The notes beneath the pieces are model-generated. The model saw only the letters and a list, made by a program, of their open reading frames with translations, was not told where the DNA came from and did not search any database. This document shows, in pieces, positions 50,135 to 60,373 of a stretch of 64,000 bases of DNA. Position 1 is the stretch's first letter; every line of letters begins with the position of its first letter. The position numbers and the translations under genes are program-made. Source of the DNA: an uncultured Pseudomonadales bacterium (GTDB lineage: Bacteria > Patescibacteriota > Microgenomatia > UBA1400 > MFAQ01); assembly GCA_964513845.1 (NCBI GenBank), contig CAZENT010000005.1:41590-105589 (forward strand), in the 5' to 3' direction.

Positions 50135-50163
50135 TTGACAATTCATTTCAATATATGTAAATT
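50135..50163 (+). promoter_or_regulatory. putative sigma70-like promoter in a gene-less region
   Basis: TTGACA at 50135-50140, a 17-nt spacer, then TAAATT at 50158-50163. Confidence 0.3.
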
Positions 50164-50391
50164 GTAATTAATCCCACATAAAGGAGGGTAGGAATAAGTT
50201 AATTGAATTACGACCTTCCTAACTCTTTTTGGTACACCGCACTTTTAAGTGATAACGCAGCCTAGGGATCACGTCCCGCTCTGGGGTAAATGCGTTATAT
50301 ATCAGTAGAAACCGGTGAAGTAAGTCACCCACCTTGCGTTTGCATAGATATCGAAACGTTTGGTTCATGATATCCGGTGTAAATCAGAGAA

Positions 50392-50430
50392 GAAGCCATC
50401 TGTCCTTACGAGCAGCTGGCTTCTTTTTTG
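50392..50430. terminator. hairpin terminator (strong on + strand; also downstream of the minus-strand VanW gene)
   Basis: A gaagcca...tggcttc stem followed by TTTTTT on the plus strand. The reverse complement lies 16 nt after the VanW-like stop but has a weaker U tract. Confidence 0.5.
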
Positions 50431-50445
50431 TCTTGATTTCTGAGT

Positions 50446-51096
50446 TTAGGCTAAAGTGATGACGGAAACACTAAGCTCACCATCTTTGTATTCAAAAACA
50501 AAGGTAACGGGTATAGTCTGATTGTTGGTGATATAGAGATTTTGATTTGCACCAACAGATTTATCGCTTGGATTGTAGTAAATAGACACACCGTATTCCT
50601 TAGGAACCTCAGGAATGTTGGCAAAATTATGGTTGGCTGGAGCCAGAACATCTAACTTAGCGTCTCTGGCTGCCCAGTTGATAAGTGAAGCTAAGTGACA
50701 AACACCATCTCCATACAAATATCCATCAGTTTTAAAACCATCTGAATAGTTAAAATGAGCTTCGGTAGTTTTGACTACCCTGCCTTCAAATTTTGGAAGA
50801 ACAGCATCGTGATAGGCAAAGGTTTCGTTTGGCTGAAGAGTAAACTCAGATCGAAACGAGTTTTGAATCTCTGACCAGTTAATATCTTGAGCACTATCAA
50901 CGCGCCCATCTAAATAGGCTAAGTTAAGCAAGATGTTGTCTTTAAAGACATCACTGACTTTTTGTGAAGGGTAACGATACTCAAGAGAGATAGTTCTTTG
51001 AGCCAAGGTGGTCTTTTGAGATCCGAGAAAACTCGGGTTGATTAACCCTCCAGTATTTAACAAAAGAAATAGACTTAAGATTGTACTTTTCATCAT
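50446..51096 (-). CDS. VanW-like domain secreted protein
   Basis: A signal peptide and a GDGVCHLASLINWAARDAKLDV...YGVSIYYNP block matching the VanW core (GxGxCQxSTTL[FY]NA). Confidence 0.6.
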   Translation of the reverse strand: MMKSTILSLFLLLNTGGLINPSFLGSQKTTLAQRTISLEYRYPSQKVSDVFKDNILLNLAYLDGRVDSAQDINWSEIQNSFRSEFTLQPNETFAYHDAVLPKFEGRVVKTTEAHFNYSDGFKTDGYLYGDGVCHLASLINWAARDAKLDVLAPANHNFANIPEVPKEYGVSIYYNPSDKSVGANQNLYITNNQTIPVTFVFEYKDGELSVSVITLA

Positions 51097-51199
51097 AGCG
51101 TGGGTATTCTACACTATTATAGGTTATTTGTCAAACCAGATTGGCAGAAAATGGAGTATGGCTGTAAGATAGTTCTAGTTAATATTTAACAAATCAAAA

Positions 51200-51583
51200 A
51201 TGACAGGATATCACGCAGATATTGAGGCTGAGACAATCAGTAACAGTAATTTTAGAAAAGTACTTTTTACAGGAGCTCATAGCCAGCTCGTGGTAATGAA
51301 CTTGCTTCCAAGTGAGGATATAGGCATGGAAGTGCATGGAAATGTTGATCAGTTCTTTAGATTTGAGTCCGGCGAAGGAAAAGCAATCCTAAACGGTGAA
51401 GAAATCATCTTTAAGGCAAATGATGTGGTCATTATTCCCGCAGGCACAAATCACAATATAATCAACACTTCCGCCACAGAACCCTTGAAGCTATACACTA
51501 TTTACTCTCCTGCGAATCATCCAGACGGCACGGTTCACGCAACCAAGGCTGAAGCTATGGCTGACGAGCACGATCACGTCTAA
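51200..51583 (+). CDS. cupin domain protein
   Basis: Cupin motifs G(X)5HxH-like (MEVHGNVDQFF) and a second motif (VVIIPAGTNHNIIN). Confidence 0.75.
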   Translation: MTGYHADIEAETISNSNFRKVLFTGAHSQLVVMNLLPSEDIGMEVHGNVDQFFRFESGEGKAILNGEEIIFKANDVVIIPAGTNHNIINTSATEPLKLYTIYSPANHPDGTVHATKAEAMADEHDHV

Positions 51584-51608
51584 ACGTATCTTTCTTTTAG
51601 ATTTGTTA

Positions 51609-51634
51609 AACCCCGTCGCATGACGGGGTTTTTG
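51609..51634 (+). terminator. rho-independent terminator after cupin gene
   Basis: aaccccgtc-gcat-gacggggtt followed by TTTTG. Confidence 0.75.
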
Positions 51635-51647
51635 TTATACTGGATAT

Positions 51648-52121
51648 ATGAAGATAAAATACCCCTGGAAATTGTTTGCTTCAATAATTATTACTCTTTC
51701 AGCTGGTTTTCTTGGTTCTTTTTTTACCGGTCCTGCAGTAAAAACCTGGTATTTGTTAATCAATCGACCCTCGTGGAATCCCCCCGCCTGGTTGTTTGCG
51801 CCTGTTTGGACAACACTATTTATCCTAATGGGAGTTTCTTTGTATCTTGTTTGGTCTCAAAAAATGAATGCGAAAATTAGATTAGCTTTAAATATTTTCA
51901 CTGTTCAGCTGATTCTTAATATCTTCTGGTCGGTGATCTTCTTTGGGATGGGAAACTTTTGGCTGGCTTTTGCTGAAATAGTTGTTTTGTGGATCTTTAT
52001 TTTGCTGACAATTATTTATTTCAGAAGAATTAATAAAACTGCCGGATGGCTTCTGGTTCCCTATATCCTTTGGGTGTCGTTTGCATCTTTCCTCAACTTC
52101 ACCATCGCCAGCTTAAACTAA
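51648..52121 (+). CDS. tspO: TspO/MBR family tryptophan-rich sensory protein
   Basis: Five TM segments and Trp/Pro-rich loops (KTWYLLINRPSWNPPAWLFAPVWTTLF). Confidence 0.8.
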   Translation: MKIKYPWKLFASIIITLSAGFLGSFFTGPAVKTWYLLINRPSWNPPAWLFAPVWTTLFILMGVSLYLVWSQKMNAKIRLALNIFTVQLILNIFWSVIFFGMGNFWLAFAEIVVLWIFILLTIIYFRRINKTAGWLLVPYILWVSFASFLNFTIASLN

Positions 52122-53360
52122 GTCTCTGATTTGCCCAAAGCCAATTCTATCGTGGACAAAGTCTTGAGTGTTGGCCATGGTGGCAGGAGTAATCACAAAG
52201 TTCCCCCAGCGATCATTGATGGAGTCAATGGCGGTAACAAGATTAACCTTTCTTTGGTTGTCGTGAAAAAGGTCTAACTGAAGAGTGGATCGGCTGGATA
52301 AACCAAAACAAGAAACGGCAATGTTTCTTACCGGTAGTTTGTAGGGAGAATGACGAAGAAGTCGAGAGGCAACGCGAAAAATATCGCGACTGTCAAAAAT
52401 AGGCTGATCCAAACTTTTGCCCTCATGAAAGTACTGATGATCCTGATACAAAAGTGCCAAATGAACACCTTTGGCCTGAAAATCAGAGTGACGCATCCTG
52501 AAACCTACCTTCTCAACTAGTTTGGAAAGTATGGGAGCCAGCTCTTCCGGAGTGGTGAGAAATTTAGGTAAAGAGTAAGAATGACCGAAACTTTTGGTGT
52601 CCCAGTCAACATCGTCGATTTCCCAGCCACGTAACCTCAAAAACCAGTAATAACCCAAAATTGAGTGAAAAGCAGAACGAAGCAGAGGAATATCAGCCTT
52701 TAAAAAATCGAGAACGGTGTAAATGCCGACCATGTTGAGGCGAGTAGAGTTTTGTTTGTTTATACCATTGAGGTCGGTGAGACAAAGATTTTGATAAATT
52801 GCCAAATAATTGGTGGCGTTTATTTCGTCCAAACCGTCCGGCTTATGGAGATTTGAGGCTGTTTTGGCTAAAAAACGATTGGGGCCTAGACCAATAGAAA
52901 CAGTAAGGTAGTCCCCTATTTCACTTTTGATACGATTTTTGATCTCCTGACTGATAAGGAACATTCCTTTTTGGAAGCTGGGTGTGCCAGAAAAATCGAG
53001 AACAAATTCATCGATAGACTTGGGAACAATTTTGGGAGTGTACTCCGATAATAGTTTCTTGAGAGCAATGTGCACAGCCCTGTACTTGTCTGAATCCGGA
53101 GTACGTACGATAAGATCGGGACATAAAAGACGACCTTCTTTGACCCTTAAACCAACCTTGATGCCAAGACGCTTCGCTTCTATGGAAGCGGCAATAATAC
53201 AACCATTGGGGGTATCGTAGGCGGCCACAGCAACAGGTTTGTAACGGAGAAAGGGATTGGCTTGCTGTTCAACTGACGCAAAGCAAGAATTTAGATCGAT
53301 GTGCATAATCGAACAAGGACGACGATTGAAATCGAGATTAATTTGGGAGTCCATCGGCAA
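52113..53360 (-). CDS. dinB: Y-family DNA polymerase IV
   Basis: IMHIDLNSCFASVEQQ (compare the ILHVDMDAFFASVE consensus), with palm, finger and little-finger domains in a 415-aa protein. Confidence 0.85.
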   Translation of the reverse strand: MPMDSQINLDFNRRPCSIMHIDLNSCFASVEQQANPFLRYKPVAVAAYDTPNGCIIAASIEAKRLGIKVGLRVKEGRLLCPDLIVRTPDSDKYRAVHIALKKLLSEYTPKIVPKSIDEFVLDFSGTPSFQKGMFLISQEIKNRIKSEIGDYLTVSIGLGPNRFLAKTASNLHKPDGLDEINATNYLAIYQNLCLTDLNGINKQNSTRLNMVGIYTVLDFLKADIPLLRSAFHSILGYYWFLRLRGWEIDDVDWDTKSFGHSYSLPKFLTTPEELAPILSKLVEKVGFRMRHSDFQAKGVHLALLYQDHQYFHEGKSLDQPIFDSRDIFRVASRLLRHSPYKLPVRNIAVSCFGLSSRSTLQLDLFHDNQRKVNLVTAIDSINDRWGNFVITPATMANTQDFVHDRIGFGQIRDLV

Positions 53361-53598
53361 TTTCTTCTAGCGTCCAGAATAAATTATCAGTATCAAGCCT
53401 TAGACGAAAAAAGAGATCTTGAGAAGTAACAGAGAAAACATGAAAAAGAGTGCGACCTTCGCGAACCGTATGATGCATGCCAACTTGAGAAACGCGAATG
53501 GCTTTGCCATCCCAGAAAATCTGGCGTGGAGCCACCGTACGAAGACGATGATCGTAGACTAACTGAACTGAAACCGGTGCCGATATTTTTTGAATCAT
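53338..53598 (-). CDS. hypothetical small protein translationally coupled to dinB
   Basis: An 86-aa ORF whose stop overlaps the dinB start by 23 nt. No recognisable motif. Confidence 0.4.
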   Translation of the reverse strand: MIQKISAPVSVQLVYDHRLRTVAPRQIFWDGKAIRVSQVGMHHTVREGRTLFHVFSVTSQDLFFRLRLDTDNLFWTLEEIADGLPN

Positions 53599-53691
53599 AT
53601 TACCCGAATATTAAGCGAATATAATTCATTAAACCAAATATTACCCGAATGGTCAAGGGGTCAAAATACTTTTAACCAAAATGAAATATCT

Positions 53692-53946
53692 TTATTCTTC
53701 GACTTCGACGGAAATAGTGCACTCCCCAATCAGGGCAGCCATGGCTCCGATGGCTGCGAACATGGGAAGAAAAGCGGTGGCAACGACACCCATGGTGAGA
53801 GGAAACTCAACAACAACTTTGCCCGATTTATCTTTGATAGTGATATGACGAACATTACCTTTGGCAATTAAATCTTTGACTGTTTTCAGTAATGATTCTC
53901 CGGAAACCTTGAAAGTTTCCTTTCTGGTAGTTTTTTTGGTGGTCAT
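53692..53946 (-). CDS. DUF4342-like small protein
   Basis: KGNVRHITIKDKSGKVVVEFPLTMGVVATAFLPMFAAIGAMAALIGECTISVE matches the DUF4342 pattern (a basic N-terminus, a beta hairpin and a hydrophobic helix). Confidence 0.55.
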   Translation of the reverse strand: MTTKKTTRKETFKVSGESLLKTVKDLIAKGNVRHITIKDKSGKVVVEFPLTMGVVATAFLPMFAAIGAMAALIGECTISVEVEE

Positions 53947-53951
53947 ATTTT

Positions 53952-55121
53952 TTAATACTTGTTACGTAAAAAGGCGGGTATATCTAGATCATCTTCAATG
54001 TCGACTTCTGAGTGATGAACTTTGTATTTTCCGGCTAGTTTGACCTGCTCTGTGGGCTGAGGTTCTTCCGGCTTTTCTTCAATCTCTTCAATACTGGGAA
54101 CTATAGCTGTTTGAGGTTTGAGATAAGGGTTGGCTGTCTGAACGCCTCCAAAATGACGACGATTTTCATCGAAACCGGCGGCAATAACGGAGATTTGGAT
54201 CTCATCCCCAAGATCTTCTCTAATGGTGGTGCCAAAAATAATATTGGCGTCTGGGTCGGCTGATTGAGTAATGATGGATGAGGCTTCGTTGATTTCGGTA
54301 AGGGTAAGACTCTTACTGCCGGCGATATTAAAGAGAATACCACGGGCACCTTCGATGCTAACCTCCAATAGAGGCGAGCTAACGGCCGCGTTGGCAGCAA
54401 TGATGGCACGCTTGTCACCTGACGAACGCCCGACACCCATAAGGGCAGAGCCAGCGTTGGTCATCACCGACTTAACATCGGCAAAATCAACATTAACAAG
54501 CCCTGGAATAGTAATTAAATCAGAAATACTTTGAACACCTTGACCGAGGACTGAGTCGGCCATTTTGAAAGCATCCAGAAGAGTTTGCTCCTTCTTGGCT
54601 ACGTCCATTAAGCGCTGATTAGGAATGACGATAAGAGTATCAACATTGTCTTTGAGCTTTTCAATCCCCTCCTCTGCTTGTACTCTGCGTCTGGCTCCTT
54701 CAAAAAGAAAAGGTTTGGTGACGACAGCGACAGTAAGAGCACCGACTTCTTTTTTGGATATCTCAGCAATGACGGGGGCAGCTCCGGTACCCGTGCCTCC
54801 ACCTTCACCGGCAGTAATAAAAACCATGTCTGCACCCATGAGAACTTCTTTGATTTTTTCGCGTGACTCTTCGGCAGCTTGAGCACCAATATCCGGATTT
54901 GAACCTGATCCGAGACCCTTAGTACCTTTTTCACCGATCTGAAGCTTGATGTCGGCGTTGGAATTGATTAAGGCTTGCATGTCCGTATTCACGGCGATGA
55001 ACTCGACGCCTTTTATTTTTCCTGACGCAATCATGGTGTTGACGGCATTGTTACCGCCGCCCCCAACTCCGAGAACTTTTATTTTGGCAAAGGTGTTTGT
55101 ATCTGGTTTGACAAGACCCAC
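53952..55121 (-). CDS. ftsZ: cell division GTPase FtsZ
   Basis: Tubulin signature GGGTGTG plus [12 protein letters not shown]. Confidence 0.95.
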   Translation of the reverse strand: MGLVKPDTNTFAKIKVLGVGGGGNNAVNTMIASGKIKGVEFIAVNTDMQALINSNADIKLQIGEKGTKGLGSGSNPDIGAQAAEESREKIKEVLMGADMVFITAGEGGGTGTGAAPVIAEISKKEVGALTVAVVTKPFLFEGARRRVQAEEGIEKLKDNVDTLIVIPNQRLMDVAKKEQTLLDAFKMADSVLGQGVQSISDLITIPGLVNVDFADVKSVMTNAGSALMGVGRSSGDKRAIIAANAAVSSPLLEVSIEGARGILFNIAGSKSLTLTEINEASSIITQSADPDANIIFGTTIREDLGDEIQISVIAAGFDENRRHFGGVQTANPYLKPQTAIVPSIEEIEEKPEEPQPTEQVKLAGKYKVHHSEVDIEDDLDIPAFLRNKY

Positions 55122-55122
55122 T

Positions 55123-56397
55123 TTATGGTAAGAATGATTTGATAAAATCGATCACTTTTCCGACAAGCTGTTTGCCGGGAATTCCTTTTATCATACCAGA
55201 CAGTTTTATTCTTGGAGCTTGTTGTTGTTCTTTGTGATGATAGCCGTAAAGAGCCAAACCAACTGCTGTGGCGTAAACAGGAGAGTTAATTTCATCGGTG
55301 AGTCCATGCAAACCCGTTGGAACTCCCAACTTGGCCGGCAACTGCATAACTCGGCGACAGCTTTCGGTGCAGTTGATGGTTAGGGCTCCGCCTCCGGTAA
55401 CAACAACTCCGGCAGGAGTTTGTCCTTCAAGACCTGACTGTTTGATAACGTGATTGACCATGGTAAAGATTTCGTTGAGACGAGGACGAATGATGCCCTC
55501 GACAATGGTTTTGCGAGAGACTTTTTTAACATCTTCGGTAATTCCAATTTTGGCAAGATCAATTTCGTCGGAAGCTTTGGGGTCGGATGGGTCCGCGTCA
55601 TGCTTGGCTTTGCCCAAGAAATGTTTGATTTTTTCAGCACTGTCGACACTAATCTGAAGACCGATGGCGATATCATCACTAATTTTTTTGGCTCCAACCG
55701 GAATGACGGCTGAGTAAACACATGAACCTTCGACATAGATACAAACACTCGTGGTGCCGCCGCCAATGTCGATAAGAACCACCCCAAGCTCTTTGTCGGT
55801 GTCAGTCAAAACTGACTCGGCAGAGGCTAGACCGGTGAAAACAAGCCCGGAAACATTGACACCCAGCTCGTTGACACAACGGGTAACATTTTTGATGGCT
55901 GGCGTAAGACCGGTAATGAGATGGGCTTCGGTTTCGAGTCGAACACCGGACATGCCGGTTGGGTCTTTGATGCCATGCTGGCCATCAACAATAAACTCAC
56001 GAGGAAGAACATGAATAATCTCTCTAGATGTAGGTAAGGAAACGGCTCGAGCAGCTTCAATAACTCGAAAAACGTCATCAGGGCTGATCTCCCCTTCAGT
56101 TTCAGTGATGGCAACTAGCCCCTGGGAGTTTTGAGACAAAATATTTTCTCCGGAAATGGAAACAAAGGCCGAATCAACTCCAAAACCTGCCATTCTTTCG
56201 GCGGACTCGACACAGTCGGTGATCGAACTGACGCACTCTTCTATGTTGACTATTTGACCACGCCTAATACCCCTGCTGGTAACAGTGGCGGCACCAACAA
56301 GATTGATTTTTTCGCCATCTTGACCGGGAACGGTAATCAAACAGGTGATTTTACTAGAGCCAATATCTATCGCGTTTATTCCTTGTGGTTTTGCCAT
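55123..56397 (-). CDS. ftsA: cell division protein FtsA
   Basis: Actin-like ATPase motifs ([25 protein letters not shown]). Immediately upstream of ftsZ. Confidence 0.9.
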   Translation of the reverse strand: MAKPQGINAIDIGSSKITCLITVPGQDGEKINLVGAATVTSRGIRRGQIVNIEECVSSITDCVESAERMAGFGVDSAFVSISGENILSQNSQGLVAITETEGEISPDDVFRVIEAARAVSLPTSREIIHVLPREFIVDGQHGIKDPTGMSGVRLETEAHLITGLTPAIKNVTRCVNELGVNVSGLVFTGLASAESVLTDTDKELGVVLIDIGGGTTSVCIYVEGSCVYSAVIPVGAKKISDDIAIGLQISVDSAEKIKHFLGKAKHDADPSDPKASDEIDLAKIGITEDVKKVSRKTIVEGIIRPRLNEIFTMVNHVIKQSGLEGQTPAGVVVTGGGALTINCTESCRRVMQLPAKLGVPTGLHGLTDEINSPVYATAVGLALYGYHHKEQQQAPRIKLSGMIKGIPGKQLVGKVIDFIKSFLP

Positions 56398-56401
56398 ATT
56401 T

Positions 56402-57241
56402 TTATCTAATGATCGGATTTTTAAAACTTAGGTCGATCACCTTAGCGTCTTTTTTAATTGTAGCGAGGTAGCTCATTGATTGTAAAGCAGAAGACAAACT
56501 ACCCTCGTCAAAAGGTACACCTATTATGATATCAGGTTCGTTGAGCCGGCTCAAGAAACAACGATGGTCAACGATATAAATGTTGGATACATCAAGATAT
56601 TTTAAAATCAATTTTACCATCTTGTATACCGAGGAGATAACGTCCGGGGTTGGTTTTTCGGAAAAAATGTATTTAATCTTGGCCTCTGTTGTGGCTATGG
56701 CAGTCATGGAGCCGTTTTCCCAGAGATTAAAACCAAGTGGTTCTTGAGTTGAGACAAAAATATCCAGCTCTCCGGTTGGTTTGACCCACCATCCCGCAGA
56801 GTCGGTGGTACTGGGAGCTTGATCCATAGACAAAATAGGCAAACTGCCAACCAAGTACACTTCTGCAGGCACAAAAGGGCTGGTGCCGGTGAGAGTAACG
56901 TTTAGGGTATTGAAAGCTTTATAACTAACACTCATTTTTTCCACTGGATAGGCAGCCTTGGTAAAGGTGAGTAATTCTTTTTGATTTAAAAAAAGTGAGT
57001 TGGTACCGAGAAGCTTGTTTTGAACTGCCAGTATTTCTTGAGGACAAGAATCATGATTAAATGAACAGTTGATTTTGCGAATAATCAAAAGATTATTAAT
57101 AAAAAAGACGAGTGGAATAAATATTAAGACCGGAAAAAATCTTTTTAAAAAGATCTTGAGCGAATCAAAAGTGACACGAGTGCGTCGATTAAGTCTCTTT
57201 GAGGAGTTCACGGATAATTTGAGTAATCTTTTCTGCAGCAT
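56402..57241 (-). CDS. ftsQ: FtsQ/DivIB-like cell division protein
   Basis: An N-terminal TM helix and POTRA-like/beta domains, at the ftsQ position between murG and ftsA. The annotated start overlaps murG by 53 nt, so the true start may lie downstream. Confidence 0.55.
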   Translation of the reverse strand: MLQKRLLKLSVNSSKRLNRRTRVTFDSLKIFLKRFFPVLIFIPLVFFINNLLIIRKINCSFNHDSCPQEILAVQNKLLGTNSLFLNQKELLTFTKAAYPVEKMSVSYKAFNTLNVTLTGTSPFVPAEVYLVGSLPILSMDQAPSTTDSAGWWVKPTGELDIFVSTQEPLGFNLWENGSMTAIATTEAKIKYIFSEKPTPDVISSVYKMVKLILKYLDVSNIYIVDHRCFLSRLNEPDIIIGVPFDEGSLSSALQSMSYLATIKKDAKVIDLSFKNPIIR

Positions 57242-58268
57242 CGGTGACTAATTTGGTAGTTGGCTTTACAGCGGGACGCTTTACTACTTCAATAATAGCG
57301 CGATAAAGGGCTTCGGGCGTAAGGTCTTTTTCTTCCAAAATCGTACTGCCAATTTGCTCCTCTGCCAACTTGGCATTTAAATATTGCTCATTGTGAGAAG
57401 CCCAGGGAATGGGAATAAGTACAGCTTTCTTGCCTAAAAACACTAGCTCGTAAATCGAGTGAGCACCAGCTCGACCAACGATGACGGACGCAGATCGAAT
57501 ATAGGTAGCGGCGTCTTCAGCAAAGAAATAGGGAGCAAAAAGATAACGATCTTTGTGTTCGCCAAGCTTTTCCTTGATTCTTCTGGCCCTGTCTGAGTCT
57601 TTGGTTAGAGTACTGGCGCCGGTCTGATGAACAACGGTGAACTTTTCTACAAGCTTGGGAATGATGGGAAACAAAGCTTTGTTGATCACATGAGAGCCCT
57701 GTTTGCCACAAGAAATGTAGATGAGTTTGTTATCAAATTTTTTGGTAAATTTTGAGTTTTGGAGTTCTTTTCTTATCGGAAGGCCGACGACAACTGATTT
57801 GTTTGACGGAAAGTTGGGAAGAGAAGAGTTATATGTAAGGAGAATTTTTTTGACAAAAGGCGAGATGGCCCTGTTCGCCCAGCCGGCAATGACGGTCTGT
57901 TCATGAGTAATTGAGGGAATACCCAAAAACCAACCGACAATAACAACCGGAACAGAAAGATAACCACCTGAAGAAAAGATTAGCTTTGGTCGGTATTTTA
58001 TTAAATACATGAATGCCTGAAGAAAACCGAAGACAATCTTGAACCACTCCAAGGGATTGAATCTTTGATAAAACTTACCGGCTTTTAACTCGAGAAAACG
58101 AATGCCAGAACCGGTAATCTCTTGGTACTCGGCAGAGAGAGACTTGTCCCCTTTTGAAGCAAATTTGTGCCCGATCCAGATAATGGGATAGTTTTCTTTT
58201 TGAAAAATCTTGGCGATAACTAAAGCGCTATTGTGATGACCGCCGGTAAATGCAATTAGTGGTTTCAT
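57189..58268 (-). CDS. murG: UDP-GlcNAc:undecaprenyl-PP-MurNAc-pentapeptide GlcNAc transferase
   Basis: An N-terminal G-rich loop (IAFTGGHHNSAL) and GT28 C-terminal motifs. Confidence 0.85.
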   Translation of the reverse strand: MKPLIAFTGGHHNSALVIAKIFQKENYPIIWIGHKFASKGDKSLSAEYQEITGSGIRFLELKAGKFYQRFNPLEWFKIVFGFLQAFMYLIKYRPKLIFSSGGYLSVPVVIVGWFLGIPSITHEQTVIAGWANRAISPFVKKILLTYNSSLPNFPSNKSVVVGLPIRKELQNSKFTKKFDNKLIYISCGKQGSHVINKALFPIIPKLVEKFTVVHQTGASTLTKDSDRARRIKEKLGEHKDRYLFAPYFFAEDAATYIRSASVIVGRAGAHSIYELVFLGKKAVLIPIPWASHNEQYLNAKLAEEQIGSTILEEKDLTPEALYRAIIEVVKRPAVKPTTKLVTDAAEKITQIIRELLKET

Positions 58269-59344
58269 ACGCGTTTGGAGATATTAATGAGAAGACCCAG
58301 GGCAATAAAGTTGGTAACCAAACTCGAACCGCCATAAGAAATGAAGGGTAGGGGTACTCCGGTGAGTGGAACAAGAGCGACCATAGCACTTAAATTCACA
58401 AATATCTGTATTAGAAATAATAAAGAGATACTACTAGAAAGCAGTTTATCAAATTTATCGTGAACATTCAGGGCAACCTTGAAAGAAAACATCAGCAATC
58501 CAACCATGGATAAAATGAACAAACTGCCTCCGAGAAAGCCAAACTCCTCGGCAATAATGACAAAAATAGAGTCGGTAGTCGCCTCAGGAAGATAGGCATA
58601 TTTTTGGCGTGATTTTCCCAAACCAACACCAGAAACTCCACCTGACCCAAGACCATACAGCACTTGATTAATGTGGTACGAAGCACCCAGGGGATCACTA
58701 GTTGGATCCATAAAGGTTTTGACTCTTTCCATACGATAGGGAGAAAGAACGATCAAAGAGCCAAGAGCGATACCAAGAATGGCAACAAAGGTTAAGATTT
58801 CTTTGATCTTGGCACCAGATAAATAATAAATCATGAAAGAAACACCAACGGTAATGATGGCTGTACCCAAATCCGGCTGAAGCATAATTAAAACAACATT
58901 TAGTCCCAGAAGAGCAAGAAAATGTTTAAGACTCCGATCTTGTTCGAGCCACTTGGCGAGATATATAGCCAGAGTGATTTTCATAAGTTCTGATGGCTGA
59001 ATGACAGTAAAACCAATATCGATCCAACGTCGTGCACCAAGAAGTTTTGAGCCAATTCCGGGTATCAAAACGGCCACCATCAACACCAAAGAGATGCCAT
59101 AGAGAACATGAGCATATTTTTTGAATAGCTGCATGGGAATGTTTGCAGTGATAAGAGCAACAACAATACCAATAACGATCCAGATTGATTGTTGTTTGAC
59201 GTAGTGAAACTTGTCGTTGAAAGTGCGAAAGGCGTCAACCACCGAGGCGTTGTAAATTGCAATTAAACCAAAACAAGCCACGACTATTCCAGCCAGAAGA
59301 ATTGATGTGGGTAAACGATTGTGGCTGCCTTTGAGGCGTAACAT
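58265..59344 (-). CDS. ftsW: SEDS family protein FtsW
   Basis: SEDS motifs, sitting between mraY and murG. Confidence 0.8.
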   Translation of the reverse strand: MLRLKGSHNRLPTSILLAGIVVACFGLIAIYNASVVDAFRTFNDKFHYVKQQSIWIVIGIVVALITANIPMQLFKKYAHVLYGISLVLMVAVLIPGIGSKLLGARRWIDIGFTVIQPSELMKITLAIYLAKWLEQDRSLKHFLALLGLNVVLIMLQPDLGTAIITVGVSFMIYYLSGAKIKEILTFVAILGIALGSLIVLSPYRMERVKTFMDPTSDPLGASYHINQVLYGLGSGGVSGVGLGKSRQKYAYLPEATTDSIFVIIAEEFGFLGGSLFILSMVGLLMFSFKVALNVHDKFDKLLSSSISLLFLIQIFVNLSAMVALVPLTGVPLPFISYGGSSLVTNFIALGLLINISKRV

Positions 59345-59347
59345 AGA

Positions 59348-60373
59348 TTAAATGATGGCTAACCAGATACCAAAGATAACTAACATAATGCCCACAAGCC
59401 AGGCTCTTTGAACAATTTTCGGTTCTGACCAGCCAATCTTTAAAAGAAAGTAATGAAGTGGAGCTATGGGAAAAATGCGGCGATGAAAAACTTTGACCCA
59501 GAAAATTTGAAGAACACTACTTAAGCCATCAATAAGAAAGGGAAGTCCAATGATAAGCAGAGCGATGACTTTGCCAGTAAGTAAACCCACCGTGGCAAAT
59601 GTGGCACCAAAGGCCAAAGAGCCAACATCGCCCATAAATAGACGCGCAGGAAAAACGTTGAAATAAAGAAAGGCAATTAACCCTCCGAGCCAAAGAGCAA
59701 TAAAGATCGACAATGGAGTGTCGAGAATAGAGGTGGAAAGGAGTAAAAAGCCGAATAAACTAATCATTAATAAACCGGAAGCCAGACCATCCATACCATC
59801 AGTAATGTTGACGGAGTTGGCAAAGACAACCACAAGAAATGCTGCCAGAGGAACAAACCAAAAACCAAAATGGATAACACCGAAGAAGGGAATGTGAATA
59901 ATTTCGATGCCTAGATTGAGATACAACATTGCTCCAATAATGAGACCAAGAGTGATTTGAATTAAGAACTTATATCGAGTTTTGAGTCCGGTGTAACCCT
60001 CTTCCCTATCAAGCTCAAAGAACTTGACGATGTCGTCGTATAATCCGAGCAATCCGAAGGAAACAAAGGTAAAGAAAATCACATTAATCTCGTCATTTAT
60101 TGGATAGACATGGGTAATTTCAAAACCGAGCCTTTTGAGAAGAGGCATGGCAAAAGCAAAAATTAGACTGGTGATGACGATAATGAGCAGTCCCCCTCCC
60201 TCAGGCGTACGCGACTTGGAGCGGATATGAATTGAGGCTTCGTCTGTTTTGTCTTCGGAAATAGCAGACTTGTTTTTAAAAAACTTAAGTCGGTATAAGA
60301 AATTAACAAAGGGGACGATGGCTAGAGCGTGGATGATGAAGGAGAAAATTAAGATACCAAGTAGTAAATCCAT
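59348..60373 (-). CDS. mraY: phospho-N-acetylmuramoyl-pentapeptide transferase
   Basis: MraY motifs (NSVNITDGMDGLA, DVGS). Confidence 0.9.
   Translation of the reverse strand: MDLLLGILIFSFIIHALAIVPFVNFLYRLKFFKNKSAISEDKTDEASIHIRSKSRTPEGGGLLIIVITSLIFAFAMPLLKRLGFEITHVYPINDEINVIFFTFVSFGLLGLYDDIVKFFELDREEGYTGLKTRYKFLIQITLGLIIGAMLYLNLGIEIIHIPFFGVIHFGFWFVPLAAFLVVVFANSVNITDGMDGLASGLLMISLFGFLLLSTSILDTPLSIFIALWLGGLIAFLYFNVFPARLFMGDVGSLAFGATFATVGLLTGKVIALLIIGLPFLIDGLSSVLQIFWVKVFHRRIFPIAPLHYFLLKIGWSEPKIVQRAWLVGIMLVIFGIWLAII

Noticed and set aside
53590-53871. 93-aa plus-strand ORF
   Set aside because: It is antisense to the well-supported DUF4342 gene and to the dinB upstream region, and has no motifs.
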